Shown here piece by piece: positions 27,201 through 39,200 of a stretch of DNA of 64,000 nt (positions are counted from its first letter, which is position 1; each line of letters starts with the position of its first letter). This DNA is from Veleropilina oligotropha. Its lineage: Eukaryota. The translations under genes were made by a program, and so were the position numbers. The DNA is taken from the NCBI GenBank assembly GCA_048128005.1, contig JBEUKZ010000076.1:1-64000 (forward strand), in the 5' to 3' direction. The notes beneath the pieces are model-generated. The model was not told the DNA's origin. It made no database searches and was given only the letters and a program-made list of their open reading frames with translations.

Positions 27201-30200
27201 ATCACCATGGCGATGATGGACGTAATTAAACCGGAGCCACTCCAAGGACTGCCAGGGGTTGTGCATTCTCCTCTGGAACAGTCCTTCACGGACTCATTGA
27301 ACAGTATTGATAATGGTTCTGGGGTATGCTAATTCATAGATTATCTGATAAATATAGGTTATATCATGAGGTTTGGTTGTTTAATCGAAGAAGACCATGA
27401 GTTGTTTAACAGCACAGGCTTTTCTGATTAAACAACAAAAATCGAGTAATATAACCGACTTAAACCACTGAAAAAATGTACAATAATTTAAAAATTATTA
27501 TATTATTAATTAAAATTAATGAACCCATTTTACTACATGTATAAGAAAGTAGTCCCCCGTGGTCTAAGACAATATGGTTAGTTAAACCACGGGCCAAAAC
27601 AATATAATGCCGTCACAACAATGGTTTAATGATCTATTATAGTTACTTTTTTATATACTAGTATTAGAATAGTTTTATCAAAAAATGCTTTAGTAATGAG
27701 ATCAAATAAATATTTCGGTCAACAAGAGCACTATTATTTCTTTATATATAGACTCAATATCGCTAAGACAAATTTTTGTTGAAAATAATATTGAATAATA
27801 ATAAAGCACCTGTTCGACTGGCACCTAAAGTTTGTAGTGAAGAAATTTAATGTAAATCCTTGTTGTGTCGCACATTCAAATAAATGCTACCGGTACCCAA
27901 TTCTTTGGCTATTCTGTCGAGTTCAAAATAAATTTGTTTTCAGTTGTTCATCCTAGAGATAGCACGACACGTCTACTGCTTTTCGATTTCCTTTTAACGT
28001 TTTCGTTTATACTAGAATTGCTCTTTTTGTGTCGCATGCAACGCAAATAACGTTACATTTCTCAATCATGCTACATAAGCAACATTATGCATGTTTTAGC
28101 ATTACGTTTGTTAGATATCACGATTTCATTGTTACCTGACCCTAAATAAATAAAATTGAAGGTAATTTAATTTTAAATTTTATAATTTAAAATGTCACTT
28201 TTGATTAAAGTTTCTCAAGCATGCTATATATAATATTTTAGCATCGTTCTTTGTCAGATATCACTATTTTTAATTGTCATATAACCATAGAGTCGAAATA
28301 TTGAAAGCAATTAAATTGAAATTTTACCTATAAATTGCCCATTTAGGACTTATAAATTTTTGCTCTTGGCGGAACTTTTTATATGCTTTATACGTCTATT
28401 TCAAATTGACAATGTGATTGATGCGCAGTTTCAGGCATACGAACCATTTCAAATTTTGTGGTCTTGTTTTCCAATATATCCTCGTTGAAATGAATTCAGA
28501 AGTGCAAAAGACATTTTATTTGCTAGCCCTAGTAATATAAGCAGATGTCGCAAGTACTCGCTGTCACTTGCAAGTCCACACTCTCGTAGTGTGTGAGCAC
28601 CTTTATGCATAACACATTGACCAATGACATACGAGGAAATATATAAAACGGGTAATAGCACGGTTTATAAGCATGAAATTATTAACACTTGAAATATTGT
28701 GAACTTTCTACATTCAGAACTCTGAAGATTGCTATGAAGAGGAAGAAATAGTGATCGTCATCCCCAAACTGGCTCAAATTGGCGACCTGAAGTATAACCC
28801 CAACGCGATCTGGGTGGTACTGAAGGTAGGCCATCTCAAGGTTTATAAATAGCATACATTAATGGTATATATAAGTGTGAAAAAGTCAAATTATTGTCTT
28901 GCATTTAAAATTAATGCTTAAACTAACTACAACCAATTCATTATTTTGGAATGTCTAAATAGTCATAATTCCAATAAATATGATTTTGACAAATTGAGAA
29001 TATGTCTGAGAATGCGCCAGGCAGAAGCCTGAGATCTGAGAATAAAAAACTGCTCGTTATTCCCAAACGAAAACTGAAATTTTTCGGTTATCCATCGTTT
29101 GCACATGCGGCATCGACCCTCTGGAATATTAAGCTTCCTTTACCTCTCAAACAGTCTCCTTCTCTGAACTCGTTCAAAGCATCGCTGAAAACTTACTTAT
29201 TTTGTCTGTATTACGTATAACTCGTTTATTTATATCAATGTAGCGCTATGAGCATGCATTCGTGGATGGATATGGTGCAATGCAAATGTTCATTATTATT
29301 ATTACTAGCATTGGTACCCGTCTTCGCCGGGTAAGTCCCCCCACCCCATTTTTTTTTTTTTTTTTTTTTGGATAGTGCTCCCTTAAATATTTTTTTTTTT
29401 CCCGAATTTTCCGAATTTTTTTCATGGTAAACCTTCCTTGGGGGACCCCGATTAACCCCCCAAAGTTTGAAGGTCCTAGGTCAAAGCGTCTGGGAGGAGT
29501 TCAACTTGAAACAGACAGACAGACAGACAGACAGACACACACACATACAATTATAGCTCCATTATATTAAGATTAAGATTATTTCAGAAAATCAAATTGG
29601 TGGTAGGGGGAGCGGCATTATTGTTAGTGATTATGTCATTGAAGAATCAATTATGTTCATGGTCATGGTGATGTAAAATGAAGCGTGAAGATCGAAACCG
29701 TGTAATTTGGAAATTAGGAATATTTGACTATTTATCAAGTCAGTTTGTTTAATATTTTTTTTGACACTTTATGTAGAGATGATTATATATGTTTATTAAT
29801 AAATGTTTTATAATCGTTCATGTTTTCCGTTTATTTTTAAATTAGCATATGCCACACTTCTGTCACTATTCGAGGCTCGTCAGATTATGCATTGATCACG
29901 GTGATTGGCTGTCGGTAGCACGCGTTAACATCTTTATGGAGAACTACGCACAGGTATGAATTAGATATGCTAAAGGGATTATTTTCATTTTTATCAAAGT
30001 TAATGAAACTTTAAACACCTGGCATCCTCTTCAACTGAAATACAATTAATGAAACCTCAATCTATGAATGACCAGTTCCTATTGGGTTGCGTTGAATTGA
30101 TAATTTGAAAATTTTACAGTCATATGTACATGTGTACATATTCAAAAGTTCAGTTTAGTGTCTCCCATCGAAGGCGGGTAAACATTTTTTCATGTCCTTC

Positions 30201-33200
30201 CTTCTGCTACGTTGTTATTTAGAATATGCCTCGCATGCCTCAACCATACCACCGAACGTTATTGCTACCCTCCACCTTTCTGTTGAATTAACAAGTATGG
30301 TAGTTAGTGTTGGAAAGTGTCCATTTCTCTATGGTGAAATATGCAGAATTCCATATGATGAAAGAAATCTGTGTGCCTAGAGTGTTTAATATTATAAATA
30401 TATGGAGCAATTTATAATTCTGCTGTTTTGCAAAAGTGACATAATGATATTTGACCCAGGGCGAAGTAAAAAGCTGGGCGATAGAGTTTGTATGGTGACA
30501 TCTTTGCATACTTCGTCTGATTATTAACGGCAATCCAGGTATCCACCGGATAAGCTAATACAGACGGAATATATAATAGGCACACCTCATATGACGTTGA
30601 AACGCATCAGGACACATATTTGGTGCATGTATATTTATTGTGCGGAGTATCTTCTATATTTTTAATTTTCATGCCCATGCCTAGCCCTTGTTGTAACGTC
30701 GTCTCTTTCTGGATTTCAGGCATGTGCTTTTCACATAAAGTCATTAACAAAGTACAAAGAGAAAGTGGACAACTTTGAAGAGCTGAGCAAGAAGGTCATG
30801 GAATATTATACAAGGTATTCCTGAATTACTGACTGTAGTGCTCTTACAGCTAATAGAAAAGCATCTTAGAGAGTAGTAACCAGTCAAATGTCATAGCCGC
30901 CACACTGATAGGCGAGTAGATATTGTTATGCTCATTTTGTACACACTTTCAATTACAAATCTTTATACCGCAGCTAACATGAACACTAATATGCACAATA
31001 TATAAATAATAAATTCTACAAATTAAGCATATTATTCGAATATTATTAGGAGCGTGTTTGGAACTTTTGTGTCAACTTTACTGAAACATTTTTGATATGT
31101 TGTCATCATGACGACTTTAACCACTATAAATAAAAAATTAAATATTGTTTCGTGAAAAAGACTTATGTCATGAGTGAGGTATTTGATGAAATGTTATATA
31201 TTCTTGAAATATTTTCTAGTAAACTTTTATTTCAGCATGCATGACCACATTTCATCATTGTAGGGCTTTAAAGGTTCAGAATTTGCCGGCACATCAAAAA
31301 GAAGACGCCATTAAACAACTCTTGATTGTGGTAGGTATCTCCAAATTGAATCCTTAAAATAAGTGCATGTTGGCATAGTGCATGTTCGAGCACCAGCTTC
31401 GATTCGTGCTTGATATCTGGTCTCAGTGATTTTCCTTTGGCAAGGAATATACAATACACGTGCCACGGTTTACCCTGCATATCTGAATGGGTACCTGGTT
31501 GGAAACGACAGAAATTTTCAATTTATCAGTATGTTAGCCATAGAGATATGTACTTATAATGATTGCAGTGGTTTGGTAAAGGCTGTTTGAATGTCACCTT
31601 ATACTCTGGCAGCGATATTAAATTGAATTTAATATAAAAGATATTCATTTATTTATTTTCTCCCATCAGATTTTCCAGCACTGGGAGAGGCATGCTTTGA
31701 CCATCGTTGGCCTCGAGGAATTCTTCATGGACCACTCCGACACTCTGGGCTGCACCCTGGGAGCATTTCTCTTCAGGTGTGTTCAAAATATAATCACCAT
31801 ATATTATTTAATAAACTCTTTTCTCTTTGACCTGCTTTAAATTTATAGAACTGACTTCGATAGCTCAACGGGTAGAGCGTCGGAAAAACGATAAGTGGGA
31901 TGGTAGGATGTGGGTTCAAGCCACGCTCCGGCATGGCTATTCTAACGCTTAAAACTACTAGATGGCATATCCCTAATGTATGTCAGTCAGATCGGAGTGA
32001 GATCCTGGTGTCCCGACTTTTAACGATACAGGTGAAAAATTGCTAAAAGTGGTCGTAAAACATTGTTGCCAACCTTCTTTATATCAAACCATTAAATGTT
32101 GTGATGTGTTACGATCATATGGTGCAAACGTTAACCCAAAGTGATTTGTTTGTTGTCATCGGGCATTTTAACATTGGCCTATCTATAATAGTTACAGAGT
32201 TTGAGTGGTCAATTAACTTGAGCATCATTCGGTGTAACTCCTAGAATATGATCCATGTAACAAAAGGCAGGTGAGTGGTCTGAATGTTTTGCTATTCAAC
32301 ATCATATCAATGCATATGCCATTCTTCTAGACAATATTGTTATTCATAACGAAATACTGTACATTATATTATTGCGACATGAAATTTAATATTGCGATTG
32401 GTGATAATGCGACATGATATTACTGCCTTTTCATCCCTTTTTATGTCTTGACCTTTTTGTAAAAAAGGACAAGACATTATCAAATGGTCCGTGTGTATAT
32501 ATGGCCCATTCTCACGAAATATGCACTTTTGTCAAAAAAAGTGTCTAATTGATACCAATTCCAAAATATAAAGCCCAGGCTGATACTTTTTTGTCACTTA
32601 ATAGATATTGAGATGACAAATGCCGATATATCTAGTGTTTGGTACTTACATATAGTGTTTGCTGATACACAGTGCCAGATATAGGCCAAAGTGGCCGAAA
32701 TTAGCGTGTCTATTTTCCAGTATACTAAGTTTACACAAAGAACAAGAAAAGCATAGTAGTATATTCAATTCAATTCTTGTATGTTTTGGTCACAAATTAC
32801 CTCAAAATAATATATCAAAAGGAAGTAAGAGTTTAGCGACATTGAAAAAAATATTGTTTCAGATTTCTTGATGTCTAAAATATACCCATTTTATTATTTT
32901 AAGAACAATGATAAATTTAGGTATTCACTGTGGTTATATTGATTTTTAAAATCTCTCCCATGTAATTTTTTAACCTTCTATGAACTGTTATATATATAGA
33001 ACCATGCATACTCAACTCTTACCATGCTTAATTTTATAACAATGACTGTCTGAACATTACTCGGCAAAACGTACGTTTTTAGGATGTTAACTTCGTAACG
33101 AACTTTTTGTTAGGAATGCGTGCTACTATATATATATTGATCATGTGTCATATATAGCTCTTCAACATAGTAATAAGTACGTATTGCCTTAATCCCCATA

Positions 33201-36200
33201 TGACTATTATTGCCAACGCAGGGGACCAATAATAAAATGGTCATTAAACCTGTTAAGTTCGTAACGGTTAACTTCGTTACATTGTTCGGCTTTGAGACGG
33301 TCCCTGTGCCGCGCCGTGTTTTAGAATACGCGCCAAAGGCCTGGAAGTGAAGCGGGCAACAAATTCGCGCATTTCAGTCACTTGCTGGATCTGCATAATA
33401 CTTGCATCGAAGACCTATATCCATATTTCATTCGCATTGAAAGAGGTGAGTCACGCACGTTGGTTTACTGGAACCAAACATGAACTATGGGAGTATCTAC
33501 ACAATATATTCAAGGTCGGCGTATTTATAGGAAGCTAAAATTACACAGTTTGTCAGCCTAGTTAAGTTTTACGGAGGCCGCATGGGCGGCAAATGGCGTG
33601 ATTACAGTGATCGTTACGTAGTTAACATTTCGTTACGAAGGTAACCAAATTTGCTAGTATATCACGTATAATTATGAATGAAGGAACACTCTGTTAATGC
33701 ATTAAAACTGTCTGTATGATAACCAACTTAATATGTATTCAATGTTACATAAGGATGCTGTCTCTTAGATTTCTACTGACAAATATCAACGTTGCGAAGT
33801 TAACTATATCAAGAATAGGCGTAGCATATTGCGAATTGCAAGTGCAGAATTTAATATATGGGAAATTTGTTTTAGTAGTGCCAAGTGAAGATATTTGCAC
33901 ATGTCTTTAATACATAGTTCTTCGTGCATATGTCCACATCACCATGAATAAATAGGGCACAAAATATAGTTACGAAGTTAACAATTGAATTATTATTTCA
34001 GATTATGCCACTAACTGGAGCAGCACGCGCCAAACGTTGGCGAGAAAAACAAAAGAGACTAAATGCTAACGCCTACCATCAGAGAGAAGCCGCCCGTACT
34101 GCACGCAATTTCAAACCAGCTGAAGAAATGTCCGTTTCTCAGTTGGCAACGCGACGTAAGAGATCAGCAGATTGCATGCGAAAGCTAAGAGCACTGCGGA
34201 AACAAACCCAGCATGATATTGAAATGCAAGAACAACCTGTATCAGAAGCTCATTCTCTGCCATGTACACCTTCAGGATCAGGCGACACCCAAATACCTGA
34301 TCTATATTCCTCTTGTTCAGCGCAGCCAAAATCAGACGGAAGCAATCGGCAGACTAGACGCTCATTAGAGATGAAAGAGTTTGATGTGAACATTGAAACT
34401 TTGTCTAGTGAAGTCGAACGGATTCCTGGTTGTGGTGACTGTAGTGTTAGCGAATATGATACCCCTGTGACCAGAAAACGTTCCAAAATGCCTAAGATTA
34501 TCCTACGGTGGCAAAATTCACGCAAGCGTGTCGGCAAGCAGGTGTCAAACCTGAGACGACGATTGGCAGACAGTGAACACGAGACGAATATCATGAAGAA
34601 GAGAGCATGGCGGGCTGAAAAGAAACTAACGCGTGTGCAGCAGAGTACAAAACATAAAAATGCAAAATCAGATTCACTGTTGCCAACACCCGTCAAAGTT
34701 GCTAACCGCACATTAAGGAACGATGGGATCAGCCCCGCAAAAGCACCCCGTGCAAGAAAGGCACTCATTATGCACAATATAATAACGTCCGCTGTGAATA
34801 ACTTGCCAAATAAAGAACGAATCAAACTCTTGGCTAGTCAGCATTTCCAGAGAACACGGGTTGCTAAAGCACTGACAAAGCGTCTTAGAATTAACTGGCG
34901 TGCAATCAGAGTCACAGATCTGAAAGCCAAATCTGAACCAACTCGTCGAGCTATGCTGATACATCTCAGACGTCAAAAGATCCAATCATTCTACAAGCGT
35001 GAGGATATATCTACCTGTCTTCCAGGTAAACGTGACGTCGTCAGAGTAGGTTCCGAGAGAAAGCAGAAATACATCTTAAATGATTATGTTGGGAACGCCT
35101 ATAACAAGTACCTGAGTGAGAATCCTGGATTGAAAATCAGTCGGACAACTTTTCACCGCTGTCGTCCAGATAATGTACTGGAGGTTCGCTACAACAACCG
35201 AAAAGTATGTCTATGCATTCATCATCAAAACATTGCGTTGAAGCTTAGAGTCCTGAATGGACTAGACTTACCTAAAACACCAGATGCTTACATAAAGACT
35301 GTGAATATCGATGATCTGAAGAAAAAACTGGAAGACAGTCTCCCTGATGCGAATGTGAAGTTCACGATGTGGAAACGAGTTGATGTTGAGTACAAGGGAC
35401 GGACCATTAAAAGAACCAGGTTAGAGAATGAAGAGCTGTCAAAGGAAGAGTTCATCACTGTATTCCTGAAGGACAGCACCAACTTCCAAGCTCATGCGTC
35501 GAAAGTGACAGCACAGTACGAGGCAGTAAGGGAACTAAAGGCAAAACTTCCACAAAACCATGTGTCAGTACAGATGGACTTCGCGGAAAACTACACTACT
35601 GCATACCAAGAAGAGGTCCAAGCTGCCTATTATGATAGAGCACAAATCACACTCCACCCCGTTGTTGTCCATTATATGACCAATGACAACAAGCTACTTC
35701 ATCAAACATTCATGTGTGTGACTGACGAGCGCAGTCATACTTCAAGTGCGGTAGTAACGTTCATGAAGGAAGTCGTTCATGAGATCAAAAAGTTAGTTCC
35801 CAATCTGAAGCAGATTAATTATCTGACTGATTCTGCAACGTCGCAGTACCGCAATCGCACAATTCTTCATGTTGTGGCACAACACGAAAAGTATTTCGAT
35901 GGAGTTACCGCGTCATGGACATACTTTGAAGTGGGTCATGGGAAAGGACCGTGTGATGGAGCTGGAGGAACAGCCAAGAGAATGGCCGATCTTGCAGTGA
36001 AAAGGGATACACCTATCCGATGTGCTCGGGAGTTTGTCGACTGTGGTCAACGGGAGCAAAGCTCTATGAAATATATGCTTATTACTTGCGAACAGATTGC
36101 GGCAGTTTGTCATGAGTTTGAACAAATCGAGTTTAAGGCCATCAAGGGTACCATGTCCCTTCATGCCGTCATGCCAGTGATGCCTGGTGTAATCGCCACG

Positions 36201-39200
36201 AGGAGCACATCATGTTTTCAAGACTGTTGTTTCTCCAAAGAAGGTGTGTTCAAGCCTACGTGTCCAGGATGGAAGGAACACGAAGTAGTATCGAACAGAA
36301 AGCAGAATGGATGTCGTATTCCAATGAATGTAGAGGCAAAGACTCTTCCTGAACAATCATCTGTAGAACCTGCTGTGTCTGCGATCGACTTGTCCTTGGG
36401 GCACTTCGTCGTGGCTGTGTATGATGGATCGTGGTATCCGGGCAAAATCACAGCTGACGACAATGAAGATGCTGAAGTTGAAGTGGATTTCATGGTTGCA
36501 ACGACAACAAAGGTTGCGGGGTGGAAATGGCCAGTTCAACAAGACCAACTATACATCCCAAAACGTGATGTGCTCTGCAACATCGCCGAACCCGTAGCTT
36601 CTGGAAAGAGCAAGCGAGTCTTTCATCTTTCAAAAGATGACCAACATAATGTTGAGTCGCTCATGTTACAGCGTCAGGTCCATTCATCGTAGTTTCTTCT
36701 GCTTAACTGGACATTTCTTGTTTGTAGAATTTCTTGTTAACTTCGTAACGACTGATTCTTTTGTATGAGTATCTCCAATACGAGGCTGTGTTCCAGAAGA
36801 TATTATTAAATCACTGTTCAGTGTTTAAATAAAACGTAGTTGATTCATTTTGTTCATAAATACTGCTATTTGGAAGTGAGTATTGACTGGAATGCGAATG
36901 CATGTTGCTATGACTGGTAAATATGTATTATATATAGGGCCTATATATCTTTAAAAATGTTTCAGGCCATAATAATCCATGCAATATATGTTACATGCAA
37001 ATATATATCAATTATCCATGACATAATGTCCAAATATAATTGTTTAATTATAATCAGCAATGGAGAGTAAGTTCGTTTCAAATTGGTTAACTTCGTGACG
37101 ATAAATACCCCAGCATTTGTATACACATAATCATCATCTTATATACTTGTACGTTATATGCCGGCACCTGGTGGACAGAATGCTTACACAAGATATTGAT
37201 AAAGTAAAATTAAAGAACACATGTCAAACATATACACATTGACAATAACTGAAACAGAGTAATTTTTTCTCCAAGTAAATATAAATATATTGTTTGTAAA
37301 ACTCCCATCAAAGATTTGCTGTAGAGCAGACCAACTTAATCACATCCTCTTTATTTTTGTATGTTGTATACAGACACATCAGCATCTTGCGCAAGGGAAC
37401 TTATTTAATCTCTAGATCATACTATAGTATATAATGCATCGTTTTATTTGGAGACTGTCACAACGTTACGAAGTTAACACAGTGAAAACGGCGTCCCCAT
37501 TCAGATTGCTTTATTTGGTGAACCATCAACTTCTAAATGGCGCAAGCACTACTTTTTACAAGTTTATTATGTTGCTAATGAAGTAAAAACACGAACACTA
37601 TTTTAGAAGAAAGTTTATTTTTGTGCTTTCTAAAATGTCAAAGGTGCATGTTTCGTGAGAATGGACCATATATACATATATATATATATACATATATGTC
37701 CGCAGGATTATGTGAAAACTACCAGTCCAATATTTACCAAAATTGGTACACACATTCCCACGAGTATTTGTAGGTCGTGTATATAACTTTTGCGACACAA
37801 TATTGCAAAAATATGCATTTATTAGGCACTTTTATGCATTTGTATATAACGTATGTCAAATGTTTCTAGTAAATAGCAATGATGTCATTACGATGACGCT
37901 TTAGATTAATCGTCATTGAGTGACGTCACAATCGACGGGGTGGTCAAGTCTTGTAGTAAACTTCGCCATTGTAACGTTATAACTGTTCTGAAAATTTGAC
38001 GGAAATAAAAAAAAGTCAAAACATATTCCGAACGCATCGTTCTTGTTATAATATTACTGCAATTTTCAGTCCATTGACCTTTTTACAAACAACTTAATAG
38101 TCGGGAACTTCTGAGAAAATGGTTTAGCAAATAACTGTCCCATGATTAACAATGCTGACGCTAATGTTGGGGGTAAGTCACCAGTGATCAAAACAAGCCG
38201 GGAACTTTTGACAAAATTGTTTATTTAATAAGGTCCTTTGATTATTAAACAATGCTGAACCTTTTGATCAATGGTTGGATTAAGTAAACAGCTCGTAACT
38301 AGGAAGGCTGATCGATCCAAGAAGCTGTCAAGTAATAATCTCTAAAACAATCAGCCGGTACCCATTGTGTGATAAGCTGAGTAATCCTGACAAAAGACGA
38401 TGAAATAGATAGTAGCAATTATTCCATTATGTCAGGACTTTCTGATTCTTGTTCATAAATGTTTTTTATATAAAGGATTTATTTTATTTTCTTGTTTTAT
38501 TCCCTTGTGCAATATGATTTACTAGTATTGTCCGACTACTCGACGTGTTCTGGCTTGCTAATATATGCTGCAATTATTACTAGTACCTTCTACAAATTAT
38601 CAGAACTAGAAAAATATTGCGACATGTTATTATTGCGATCACGGGCCACTCGCAATATTCGCAATAATATCATGTACGCAATAATTTCATGTTTTACGGT
38701 ATCACCATTTTATGATAAATCAATTAAAGGCCGAGCTTTGTAACCGGGTGGTCTGTGGACTTGGCCATCGCGTTAGAGGCGTGGCATAACGTCATCGGCT
38801 AAACAAGTTTGCACGTCAAGTCTGTATGTGATAATTGCTGTGAAAACAAAAACACACTCTGTGATTGGGTTACTGTTGTTTCAACCATTTGTCAACCAAT
38901 CTTACGGCAAGACTCCGAACAGCTCTGGTGGCTGTCCAAATTAGAAATGATCTCATCACCCGCTCTGACCTTTTATAGCGCTGTCCGACATTTATACAAT
39001 CCATACTTGTGGCCAATTGTATTCTCGGACAATAATCAGAAATTAGACTATTATAATGCTTTCGTCTCCTTTCACTGCCGAGTCCGCAAAGATTTCTTGT
39101 GTGCGCTCTTCAGTCAACAATAATAATTATAAAGATATTTGCATGAAATTCAATGCGCATATTATTTTTGATGATGTCATGACACCTAATCGTTTCAGTA

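Larger units (their letters stand above)
32437..38047 (+). mobile_element. Helentron-type non-autonomous element split by the Sola-like transposon
   Basis: 5' tatgtcttgacc...ggacaagacat, microsatellite at the insertion point, 3' gtcaaaacata...gttcttgtt. Confidence 0.5.

Noticed and set aside
31852..31935. tRNA-like A and B boxes (also near 880-965, 50543, 57285)
   Set aside because: No convincing cloverleaf; followed by SINE bodies
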